A stretch of 64,000 bases of DNA, taken from the NCBI GenBank assembly GCA_036512155.1, contig DATCBD010000055.1, positions 14,491 to 78,490 of the forward strand. The letters are read 5' to 3'. The notes under the pieces were generated by a model. It did not search any database. It had not been told where the DNA came from and saw only the letters and a program-made list of their open reading frames with translations. Made by a program: the position numbers and the translations under genes. The DNA comes from Gaiellaceae bacterium. GTDB lineage: Bacteria; Actinomycetota; Thermoleophilia; Gaiellales; Gaiellaceae. Of this stretch, positions 47,224-55,151 are shown piece by piece (the first letter of the stretch is position 1; every line of letters begins with the position of its first letter).

Positions 47224-49242
47224 TTACACGCGGGCGCGAAGTCGCTCGACGCCGAGCTCCTTCGCCAGCGACCGTGCGCGCTCCGCGATGCGCGTGCGCA
47301 GATCCGCGGGCTCGAGCACGATCGCCTCGCCGCGCTTCGAGAGGATCTCGCTCTCGAGCCACTCGTCGCTGCCGACGGGGATCTCGCGTAGCGCAGATTT
47401 GTCGGTGAGCCGCCGCGCGCCGCGCTCCACCTCGTAACGCGCGATCGCCGGCGTGTACAGCACCAAGGCGCGGCGGGCGTTTCGCAGGCGCACGGGCTCG
47501 AAGTCCTCGCGCGCGTCGAATTTCTCCTTCGTGAGCTTCGCGCTGCGCATCCGGTCGAGCCGGAAGGAGCGCTCGCCGTCGCTCGTGCGATCCCACGTGT
47601 GCACGTACCACCAGGGCAGCGCGCGCTCGAACTTGTATGGCTCGATGACGCGCGTCGACGGCTGGACGTCGGACTCCTTCTGGTACTCGATCTCGACGAG
47701 GCGGTGCTCGCGCATGCCGCGCGCGAGCGTCGAGACGAGATCCTCCTCGCTCGGGCCGACGTGCGGCTCGGGCGTCTGCTGCAGCTCGAACTGGCCGAAC
47801 GTTTCCTCGAGCTTCTTCCGCACGCGCTCGAGCGGCGTGTGCGCGTCGACGGCGATCATCGGCCCGACGTACTCGAGCGCGAGACGGATGGCCCGCGCCT
47901 CCAGCGGCGTCAGGCGCGGCGCGAGGCGGAACGTGTCGCCCCACAGCTCCTTGTCCACGTGGACAGCATCCTCGCGCAGCTCGGCGTAAATCGTGTAGCA
48001 CCCGCCGCCGAAGTTGACGAGGTTCAGGAGCGAGAGGTGCTCCTCCAGCTCATCGGCCGGAATGGAGGGGAAGCGCTCCAGGAGGTCGGCGACCGGGATG
48101 GCCGCTTCCTTGTTCTCGCCACAGGCGGCGAGCAGGAACGCAAGCAGTGCCTGGAGGACGGCGAAGCGCTCCGGCGCGACCGGGCCGGCGGGACGCTCGG
48201 GGATCCCGTCCACGCCGCGCAGCGGCGCGTCGCGGGCCGGGACGGGGGCCTTGCCTTCGTGCCCGTCGCGGACGCGGCGCAGGGAGGAGGCCACCTCGCG
48301 GCGGAGCTCCTCGGGCTCGAGCGGCACGGCGCGGCCGTCCTGGCGGAGGACCCAGCTCGCGAGCTGCTCGACGGACGAGTACTCGGTGATCCAGACGCCG
48401 TCCTCGAGCCGTCCGGTCGTGCCGTACGCGCGCTGCACCCACCAGGCGGTGTCGCCCGGCACTTCGATGCGCGCCTCGCCGACGATGTCGCCGATCTGCC
48501 ACGGCGGCCGCCCGCGGAACTGCTCGATGTCGAAATCGGTCGGGATGCGGAAGTCGCGCTCGCGCCGGGTCGCGAACCGGATCTCGCCGCGGATGCGCGA
48601 CACCCGGAAGGTGCGCAGGTCGTCGCGGTCGAGGTCCTGTCCGACGACGTACCAGACGCCGTTGTCGGGGAGCAGCGCGTACGGGTTCACCGTGCGCTCG
48701 GACTCGACGTCGCGCGAGATCGACCAGTAGTCGAACTTGACGGTGCGCTGCTTCGAGATCGCGCCTTCGAGTTTTGCGAGCCGCCCCGGCATCTCCGGCG
48801 AGTAGTCGGGGTCGAGCACCTCGACGCGACCTGCTGTCGCGGACGGCGACTCGACGAACCCGGGGCGGCCGAGGGCGAGGTTCTGCAGCGCGAGCCGGAG
48901 CGGCTCCGCGTACGCGAACTTCCCCTCGAGGAGATACAGCGCCGTGTTGAGCGCGGCGAGCTCGTCGTTCTCGAGCTCGAGCTTCGGCAGGAAGTACTGC
49001 TCGGAACGGAGCGTGTACAGCTCCTCGCCGGTGAACTCGTCGCGCTGCGACTGCAGGGGGACGCCGAGCGCGAGCAACTCGGCCCGGTCGGAGTAGAACC
49101 GGCGGGCGAACGCCTCGTCGGACATCTCCGAATAGCCCTCGACGTTCGACTTGACGTCGCGCGCGGTGATGGGTCGCCGCTCCGCCATCAGGAACGCGAC
49201 CAGCGAGAGCTGGCGGATCAGCTTGTCAGTGTCGTGCGACAG
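47224..49242 (-). CDS. fused PafB-PafC-like regulator with two HTH-WYL modules
   Basis: N-terminus parallels mycobacterial PafB (ITARDVKSNVEGYS...FYSDRAELLALGVPL). WYL cores are GVWYVVGQDLDRDDLRTFRVSRI and WWYVHTWDRTSDGERSFRLDRM. The first ATG is at 49188, but HTH homology (DKLIRQLSLVAFL) extends upstream to CTG 49242. Confidence 0.8.
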   Translation of the reverse strand: MSHDTDKLIRQLSLVAFLMAERRPITARDVKSNVEGYSEMSDEAFARRFYSDRAELLALGVPLQSQRDEFTGEELYTLRSEQYFLPKLELENDELAALNTALYLLEGKFAYAEPLRLALQNLALGRPGFVESPSATAGRVEVLDPDYSPEMPGRLAKLEGAISKQRTVKFDYWSISRDVESERTVNPYALLPDNGVWYVVGQDLDRDDLRTFRVSRIRGEIRFATRRERDFRIPTDFDIEQFRGRPPWQIGDIVGEARIEVPGDTAWWVQRAYGTTGRLEDGVWITEYSSVEQLASWVLRQDGRAVPLEPEELRREVASSLRRVRDGHEGKAPVPARDAPLRGVDGIPERPAGPVAPERFAVLQALLAFLLAACGENKEAAIPVADLLERFPSIPADELEEHLSLLNLVNFGGGCYTIYAELREDAVHVDKELWGDTFRLAPRLTPLEARAIRLALEYVGPMIAVDAHTPLERVRKKLEETFGQFELQQTPEPHVGPSEEDLVSTLARGMREHRLVEIEYQKESDVQPSTRVIEPYKFERALPWWYVHTWDRTSDGERSFRLDRMRSAKLTKEKFDAREDFEPVRLRNARRALVLYTPAIARYEVERGARRLTDKSALREIPVGSDEWLESEILSKRGEAIVLEPADLRTRIAERARSLAKELGVERLRARV

Positions 49243-49294
49243 TGTGAAACGAGCTTACTGCGCAAACGCTGTGGAAGGCGCTGTGGAAAACCGT

Positions 49295-49369
49295 CCGATC
49301 GAAGAGCTGGCGCTCTTCGATCGGTGGAGTTTGTGCTTCGCCGAGCGGACGCGGGCGGAGCCCGCGTCC
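49295..49369. repeat. two perfect hairpins in the pafBC-like upstream region
   Basis: CCGATCGAAGAG-CTGGCG-CTCTTCGATCGG (49295..49324) and GGACGCGGG-CGGAG-CCCGCGTCC (49347..49369). Confidence 0.7.
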
Positions 49370-49396
49370 TCTTATGTGACCTGAGCGGCGCTTTCG

Positions 49397-49611
49397 TTCT
49401 GCGCGGGTGGTGGTGCGCTGGCGCGCATCCCCACCCGCGTCAGTTCGCCTCCACGTAAGCCGGCTTCGCCTGTCTTACGCTCCGGCCTCGGTGCTTGCGG
49501 GGTTCGAGCGGTTCGAGCTCCAACCCCATTCCGGGCCGGAGCTAACGCGCAGCGTTAGCGGAGGCCGCCCTAGCGCGTGGGGATGGCGCAGCCACCACCG
49601 CGCGCGCAGAA
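49397..49611. repeat. 215-bp long-range inverted repeat enclosing three internal hairpins (ncRNA or MITE candidate)
   Basis: Arms 49397..49439 and 49574..49611 form about 34 bp of pairing (TTCTGCGCG/CGCGCAGAA, GGTGGTGG/CCACCACC, CATCCCCAC/GTGGGGATG). Internal hairpins lie at 49454..49479, 49499..49527 and 49541..49559. Confidence 0.65.
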
Positions 49612-49637
49612 CTAGACAGCCGCCCAAACTCGTAAGA

Positions 49638-49715
49638 GCTCGCGGGCTTCGCCCGTGAGCGCTCCCGCGAAGCGGGAACCTTCAACCCGCGGGAAGTGCG
49701 CAGCACTTCTCGCGG
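49638..49715 (-). terminator. three tandem hairpins immediately downstream of the 49718 gene
   Basis: 10-bp stem at 49638..49660, 6-bp stem at 49663..49677, and a stem pairing 12 of 13 positions with a GCA loop at 49687..49715, which ends 2 nt from the stop codon. Confidence 0.5.
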
Positions 49716-49717
49716 AT

Positions 49718-50167
49718 CTACGCGGCGGCGCGTGCTTCGAGATGCTGATGTGAGGGGCAATAGTCGCGATCGGGAAGCGGCGTGCGCTGGCACGGCTTGC
49801 CCTTCCGAGTCGTTGCGCGGCAGCGTGCAACGCCGCCGTCGAGCGCACCGGACTCGATCTGCTCCTGAATGAACGTCGACGCAGCGGTCACGCCGGCCTG
49901 CACGGCCCACGCGACTTCCGCCTGCGCGGTGATGGGGAAGTAGCGGCGAATGTCCTGGAAGAGCGCACGATCCGGCCTCGCAAAATACAGCGGATCCTGC
50001 GCCAACCGCTCCATCGTCTGCTCGCACGCTTCGAGGACCGCACGCCTCGACTCGATCTGCGACTCCCGGTCGGCGTAGGGATCGATGAGATCCTTGATCG
50101 ACCGGTAAATCGCTCGCGAGTACTGATACATGCAGTGTTGCAACTGGAGGGTCCGCTCTTCGATCAC
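49718..50167 (-). CDS. hypothetical protein with a C-terminal CCCH knuckle
   Basis: ORF 49718..50200 (TTG). GTG 50167 is preferred because GGAGAAGG lies 8 nt upstream. C-terminal RCRATTRKGKPCQRTPLPDRDYCPSHQH. Visibly lower GC than the flanks. Confidence 0.55.
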   Translation of the reverse strand: MIEERTLQLQHCMYQYSRAIYRSIKDLIDPYADRESQIESRRAVLEACEQTMERLAQDPLYFARPDRALFQDIRRYFPITAQAEVAWAVQAGVTAASTFIQEQIESGALDGGVARCRATTRKGKPCQRTPLPDRDYCPSHQHLEARAAA

Positions 50168-50250
50168 CAGTCTCGCCTTCTCCTGTGAAGTCCCCGCCAA
50201 CGCGGTGTTAACAGCGGGTTAATCGTCCTGCCTGCAATCCCCTGCGCTCG

Positions 50251-50278
50251 ATCCTACACGCTCCGGCCCCTGTTACAA
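50251..50278 (-). promoter_or_regulatory. candidate sigma-70-type promoter for the 49718 gene
   Basis: The minus strand reads TTGTAA - 16 nt - TAGGAT, about 75 nt upstream of the coding region. Confidence 0.3.
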
Positions 50279-50365
50279 AGTGGCGGCTTTTGTTGCCGAC
50301 TGAGCAAACAGGCGCCGTCGCCGGACGCCCGTCACGTGCCCGCTCCGGCGGGCTTTACACCTGGT

Positions 50366-51055
50366 CTACGGGTGCGTGACGCGGGCCACATAGGCGTCCG
50401 AGAAGCCCCGCGCATGGGCCGCTGTGAGGGCTGAGACCGCCTCGGCCGGGGTGGAGTAGACCCCGGAGAAGACGACGTAATAGCCCGGGTGGAGGCTCGC
50501 GTACTCGGCGGAGACGAGGACGCCGGCCCTCGGCAGGCCCGCCGCCTTCGCCTGGTGGGCCCGGGCGACGGCGACCGTGCGACCGGCCGAGAGGGGCACG
50601 GATTCGAGCACGTCGGTGTACGCCGTCCCCTTCCGCGGCCAGGCGGCGAGGCCGGCCGCGACCGGCGGCGTGGGCGTCGTCGCGGAGGGCGTGGAGGGTG
50701 CGCCCGGCGCCTTGGGGAGCGGTCCGGTCGTCACCGTGAGCTTCGGGGCGGTGGCCGCGCGGGTGCCGGTCCCGACAGTCACGTTCGGCTGCGTCGCGAC
50801 GATGGTCGTACCCGAGCTCGAGGTCGTGGCCGCGGAGACCGCCGTGGCCACGATGGCGATGACGAGGAAGAGCAGGGCGGGCCAGACCCAGTCGCCGGGG
50901 TACCAGGAGAAGCGCCGCTGCCATGCGGACGCGAGCGCGCCGACCGTTCCCCGGTTCGTCGGAAGCCGCTCCCCGCACTCGAGGCAGTACTCCTGCAGCG
51001 GCTCGTAGGCGACCCCGCAGCGCGGGCAGTGCTGCGGTTCCTGATTCGCGCTCAT
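50366..51055 (-). CDS. zinc-ribbon / TM / SPOR-like domain protein
   Basis: I placed the start at MSANQEPQHCPRCG...CLECG (ATG 51055). One TM, a Thr/Pro-rich linker, and a C-terminal GYYVVFSGVYSTPAEA pattern typical of SPOR. Confidence 0.6.
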   Translation of the reverse strand: MSANQEPQHCPRCGVAYEPLQEYCLECGERLPTNRGTVGALASAWQRRFSWYPGDWVWPALLFLVIAIVATAVSAATTSSSGTTIVATQPNVTVGTGTRAATAPKLTVTTGPLPKAPGAPSTPSATTPTPPVAAGLAAWPRKGTAYTDVLESVPLSAGRTVAVARAHQAKAAGLPRAGVLVSAEYASLHPGYYVVFSGVYSTPAEAVSALTAAHARGFSDAYVARVTHP

Positions 51056-51420
51056 TGCGCCACGAGCGGGCGGCCGCACTGGGCGCAGAAGCGTGCTCCC
51101 GCGAACACGGCAGCGTCGCACTCGCAGTGGACGGCCGGCTGCACGCGCCCGCGCGACACGGCGGCGCCGATCAGTGTGTCGAGCTCCGCGATCCGGTCCT
51201 CGAGGCCAACGAGCTCGCCGCAGCGCTCGATCAGCAGCTCGCGGCGGAACTGGTCGCGGCGGAACATCTCCAGCATCAGCCCGCCGAGGTCGCGCAGACG
51301 GTCTTCGCGCGACCGGAGGAGCTCACGGCGCTCACGGCGGAGACGGCCGACCGGCGGGACGGCACGCGCAGACGGCGCCGCCTCGGCGCTCGCGCGACGA
51401 AAGCCCGGCAGATGCGGCAT
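51052..51420 (-). CDS. coiled-coil protein with a C-terminal zinc ribbon
   Basis: 3' end of shadow ORF 51052..53532, starting at ATG 51420. CECD...CAQCG. ATGA overlap with the downstream gene. Confidence 0.5.
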   Translation of the reverse strand: MPHLPGFRRASAEAAPSARAVPPVGRLRRERRELLRSREDRLRDLGGLMLEMFRRDQFRRELLIERCGELVGLEDRIAELDTLIGAAVSRGRVQPAVHCECDAAVFAGARFCAQCGRPLVAQ

Positions 51421-51434
51421 CGGCGCGACTCTAA

Positions 51435-51593
51435 CTAGTAGCGGCGGTGCACAGGCTGCCCGCGCCGGCCGAATCCCGCGAGCCACAGGAGACACAGGGC
51501 GAGCCCGACGATCGCGACCGGGATCCCGGCCCACGGGATCAGGAACACCAACACGATTCCCACGATGACGAAAGCGACGCCGACGCCGATCAC
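51435..51593 (-). CDS. 52-aa two-TM micro-protein (below the ORF-track size cutoff)
   Basis: Hand translation: (GTG)MIGVGVAFVIVGIVLVFLIPWAGIPVAIVGLALCLLWLAGFGRRGQPVHRRY*. The third position is almost always G or C. Confidence 0.4.
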   Translation of the reverse strand: MIGVGVAFVIVGIVLVFLIPWAGIPVAIVGLALCLLWLAGFGRRGQPVHRRY

Positions 51594-51614
51594 GTCGTTG
51601 AAGTACCCCGCCCG

Positions 51615-52967
51615 TCAGCGTTGAACCACGACGAGATGCTCTTCGGTCATCTCGCGCACCGCATACGCAGGTCCTTCTCGGGTGTTCCCCGAGTCCTTCA
51701 CGCCGCCGTACGGCATCTGGTCGCTGCGGAACGTCGGCGCCTCGTTCACGATGACGCCGCCGAAGTCGAGCCGTTCCGCCGCGCGCAGCGCGGTGTCGAT
51801 CGAGGCGGTGAAGACGCCGGCCTGGAGCCCGTAGCGCGTGCCGTTGGCGCGCTCGATCCCCTCGTCGACCGACCCGATCGGGTTGACGACGACGACGGGG
51901 CCGAACACCTCCTGGCAGCTCACCTTCGCGTGATCGGAGACGTTCGCGATCACCGTCGGCCTGATCAGACCGTCCTGCTCGCCGCCCGTGAGGACTTCGC
52001 CGTCGGCCTCGGCGATCCACGAGAGGATGCGCTCGCGCGCGTCGGCGTCGATCACCGGCCCGACGTCGGTGTCGTCGTCGGCCGGGTCGCCGACATTCAG
52101 CGCCTCGACCTTCGGTACGAACGCAGCGAGGAACGCATCGAGCACGGGACGCTCGACGTAGATGCGCTGCACCGAGATGCAGCTCTGGCCTGCGAATGCG
52201 AACGCGTTCGCCGCGAGCTTGGCCACCGCCGTCTCGATGTCGGCGTCCGCGGCGACGATCACCGGCGTGGAGTTCCCGAGCTCGAGTTTCACGCGCTTGC
52301 GCGGCGCGCGCTCCTGGAGCTTCCACCCGACCTCGCTGGAGCCGGTGAACGTGATCATGCGGACGCGTTCGTCCTCGACGAGGACGTCGCCGATCTCGGA
52401 GGCGGGGCCGACGAGCACTGTGAGCCAGCCCTCCGGCAGGCCTGCTTCGTGCTCGAGCTCGGCGAGCAGCAGCGCCGACAGCGGCGTGGCGCTCGCAGGC
52501 TTCAACACGACGGGGCAACCCGCGGCGAGCGCGGGCGCGATCTTGTGCGCGACGAGGTTGCACGGAAAGTTGAACGGCGAGATCGCGCCGACGACGCCGA
52601 TGGGGCGGCGGAGCGTGAACGCGAGCTTGCCCTCGCCGGCCTGCGCTGCGTCCATCGGGATCATCTCTCCGACGAGCTTGCGCGCTTCGACGGCGGCGAA
52701 GGTGTACGTCGACATCGCGCGGGAGGCTTCGACGCGCGCCGTCTTGATCGGCTTGCCCGCCTCCTCGGAGATCGTCCGTGCGACTTCCTCGTGGCGTCGG
52801 CCGATGAGGCCGGCGGTCTTGACGAGGATCTCGGCCCGCTTGTGCGCGGGCAGCGGGCTCTCGAGCGCGCGCGCCGCCGCATCGATCGCGCGGCGCGCGT
52901 CGTCGGCGCCGCTCTTGGGTGCCTGACCGACGACCTTTCCGGAGTAGGGGGAGCGAACTTCGACCAC
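51615..52967 (-). CDS. aldehyde dehydrogenase family protein
   Basis: VVLKPASATP, FTGSSEVG, ELGNSTP, catalytic GQSCIS. Confidence 0.9.
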   Translation of the reverse strand: MVEVRSPYSGKVVGQAPKSGADDARRAIDAAARALESPLPAHKRAEILVKTAGLIGRRHEEVARTISEEAGKPIKTARVEASRAMSTYTFAAVEARKLVGEMIPMDAAQAGEGKLAFTLRRPIGVVGAISPFNFPCNLVAHKIAPALAAGCPVVLKPASATPLSALLLAELEHEAGLPEGWLTVLVGPASEIGDVLVEDERVRMITFTGSSEVGWKLQERAPRKRVKLELGNSTPVIVAADADIETAVAKLAANAFAFAGQSCISVQRIYVERPVLDAFLAAFVPKVEALNVGDPADDDTDVGPVIDADARERILSWIAEADGEVLTGGEQDGLIRPTVIANVSDHAKVSCQEVFGPVVVVNPIGSVDEGIERANGTRYGLQAGVFTASIDTALRAAERLDFGGVIVNEAPTFRSDQMPYGGVKDSGNTREGPAYAVREMTEEHLVVVQR

Positions 52968-52986
52968 GGCGTGTGAGTCTACGCAG

Positions 52987-53553
52987 GTGATCCGGCCTCA
53001 CCTCGCCGCCACCGTCAAGGGCTTCCCCGTGTACGTGCACGCGATCGAGCACCCGGACGGCTTCGTGCTCGTGGATACGGGGATGATCGACTCGACGCCG
53101 GAGCTGGACGAGGAGTGGGAGCCCGTCCCCATGCCGGAGAACGTGCCGCGCGACGTCGTCTGCGTCATCAACACGCATCTGGACTTCGACCATTGCGGCG
53201 GGAACCGGCTCTTTCCGGGCGTCCCGATCCACGTTCAGCGGCGTGAGCTCGAGCAGCCTCGAGGACCGTACGAGTGGGTGCACTTCGAGGGCGCGACATA
53301 CATCGAGCACGACGGTGAGGCCGAGGTGCTGCCGGGAATCCGGCTTCTGCCGACGCCGGGCCATACGCGCGGCCATCAGTCCGTCCTCGTCGACACGCCG
53401 GACGGGCTCGTCATCATCGGCGGCGACGTCGCCTATACGTTCCGCGAGCTCGGGATCGGCGCCACCGAAGGGCAGCGGCGCGTGCTCGCGCTCGGTGCGC
53501 TCACGTGGCTCGCGCACTCGGCGCGACCGCACGTCCCGTCAGTCGGCGGGTAG
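52987..53553 (+). CDS. MBL-fold metallo-hydrolase
   Basis: THLDFDHCGG (HxHxDH-type motif), PGHTRGH. Confidence 0.8.
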   Translation: MIRPHLAATVKGFPVYVHAIEHPDGFVLVDTGMIDSTPELDEEWEPVPMPENVPRDVVCVINTHLDFDHCGGNRLFPGVPIHVQRRELEQPRGPYEWVHFEGATYIEHDGEAEVLPGIRLLPTPGHTRGHQSVLVDTPDGLVIIGGDVAYTFRELGIGATEGQRRVLALGALTWLAHSARPHVPSVGG

Positions 53554-53946
53554 GCGCTCGGCGACGGCCTCGAGGACCTTCGCCTGCATCGCGGGCATGT
53601 CGCGCAGAAGCGACCTGAACGCGGGCGCCGCGATGACGAGTAGCCGCGCCGGCGTCCGCGTCGTCACCGTCGCGGTGCGGGGCCGTCCGGTGACGAGGGC
53701 GATCTCGCCGAGGAAGTCGCCCGGTCCGAGCTTGTTCACGGCCTTGCCCTTGCGCGTGACGTCGGCGACGCCTTCGACGAGGACGACGAACTCCTTGCCA
53801 GTCTTGCCCTCGCTCGTCAGCTTTCGCCCTGCCGGCAGGTCGATCTCGTCGGCGAGCGCGGCGACGGCCGCAAGCTCCCGGCCTGAGCAGCGCTGGAAGA
53901 GCGGCACGCGCTTGATGAGCTCGATCTTGGCGTTCTTGCGGAGCAC
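53539..53946 (-). CDS. stand-alone cyclic-nucleotide-binding domain protein
   Basis: CAP-family cNMP-binding signature GDFLGEIALVTGRPRTATV. 135 aa, no output domain. Confidence 0.85.
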   Translation of the reverse strand: MLRKNAKIELIKRVPLFQRCSGRELAAVAALADEIDLPAGRKLTSEGKTGKEFVVLVEGVADVTRKGKAVNKLGPGDFLGEIALVTGRPRTATVTTRTPARLLVIAAPAFRSLLRDMPAMQAKVLEAVAERLPAD

Positions 53947-53966
53947 GCGGGAGATACAGTAAACGC

Positions 53967-55151
53967 ATGGCCGCGAGAAAGACAGATGCGCTTATCGTCG
54001 ACGCCGTCCGGAGCCCGATCGGCAAGAAGAACGGGACGCTCTCGCACATCCGGGGCGACGACGTCTCGGCCCAGGTGATCAACGGGCTCGTCGAGCGAAA
54101 CGGGGTGGACGCGGGCGAGGTCGAAGACCTCCAGTGGGGCTGCGTCTCCCAGGTCGACGAGCAGGCCTGGAACACCGGGCGCAACACCGCGCTCGCCGCC
54201 GGCTGGCCCGTCTCCGTCTGCGGCACGACCGTCGACCGGCAGTGCGGCTCGTCCATGCAGTCGAACTTCAACGCCGCGGCGGCCGTGTGGTCGGGTCAGC
54301 TCGACCTCGTCGTCGCGGGCGGCGTGGAGATGATGTCGCGCGTCCCGATGGGCTCGAACCGCGGCTCGATGTCCGACGCGGTGTACGAGCGCTTCGACAT
54401 CGTGATGCAGGGCATCTCGGCCGAGGAGATCGCCGCGAAGTGGAACCTCTCGCGCGAGGAGCTCGACCGGTACTCGTACGAGTCGCACATGCGCGCCGCG
54501 CGCGGGATCGACGAGGGCCGCTTCGACAAGGAGATCATCCCGATCGAGCTCGACGTTCCCGCGCCGGATTCCGGCACGACGCTCGTCCGGACGCGCTTCG
54601 CGGTCGACGAAGCGGTTCGGCGCTCGACGACCGTCGAGACGATGGCTGCGCTCCAGCCGGCATTCGTCCCCGACGGGAAGGTGACGGCCGGGAACTCGAG
54701 CCAGATCGTGGACGGCTCGGCTGCCGTGCTCGTCGCCTCGGAGGAGAAGGCGTCCCAGCTCGGGCTCGAGCCGCGCGCACGCTTCCTCGGCTTCGGCATC
54801 GCCGGCGTCGACCCGCACCTGATGCTGCACGGCAACCCGCAGGCGTGCGACCGCGCGCTCGCGAAGGCCGGCCTCACGTGGGACGACATGGAGGTCATCG
54901 AGGTGAACGAGGCGTTCGCCTCCGTGGTACTGCAGTTCCTCGCCGACACGAATCTCGGCGAGCGCTGGGAAGCAGGTGACGTCAATCCGAACGGCGGCGG
55001 CATCTCGCTCGGCCATCCGCTCGGGGCTACCGGCGCACGGATCACGGCGACACTCGTGTCGGAGCTCGAGCGCCGCAACGCCCGCTATGGCATCGCTGCG
55101 ATGTGCATCGGCTTCGGCCAGGCCATCGCGGGCGTCGTGGAACGCCTGTAG
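53967..55151 (+). CDS. acetyl-CoA C-acetyltransferase (thiolase)
   Basis: Thiolase motifs VDRQCGSS, NEAFAS, GGGISLGHPLGATG, CIGFGQA. Confidence 0.92.
   Translation: MAARKTDALIVDAVRSPIGKKNGTLSHIRGDDVSAQVINGLVERNGVDAGEVEDLQWGCVSQVDEQAWNTGRNTALAAGWPVSVCGTTVDRQCGSSMQSNFNAAAAVWSGQLDLVVAGGVEMMSRVPMGSNRGSMSDAVYERFDIVMQGISAEEIAAKWNLSREELDRYSYESHMRAARGIDEGRFDKEIIPIELDVPAPDSGTTLVRTRFAVDEAVRRSTTVETMAALQPAFVPDGKVTAGNSSQIVDGSAAVLVASEEKASQLGLEPRARFLGFGIAGVDPHLMLHGNPQACDRALAKAGLTWDDMEVIEVNEAFASVVLQFLADTNLGERWEAGDVNPNGGGISLGHPLGATGARITATLVSELERRNARYGIAAMCIGFGQAIAGVVERL

Noticed and set aside
49499-49527. Tandem GGTTCGAGC GGTTCGAGC, considered as a possible CRISPR or SSR seed.
   Set aside because: There are only two copies with no spacers. 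It is better explained as part of a hairpin (GGGGTTCGAGC/GCTCCAACCCC). There is no CRISPR array anywhere in the window.
49407-49658. 83-aa plus-strand ORF, and the minus-strand ORFs 49542..50027 and 49612..49848, in the structured intergenic region.
   Set aside because: They run through stacked hairpins and inverted repeats, are Arg/Ser/Ala-rich, and have no coding periodicity that I can see.
51421-53532. The upstream ~700 codons of the 826-aa ORF 51052..53532, and the antisense ORF 51447..52976.
   Set aside because: Only the last 122 codons (the zinc-ribbon protein) look genuine. The rest overlaps the well-supported aldehyde dehydrogenase and MBL genes and is Arg-rich low complexity.
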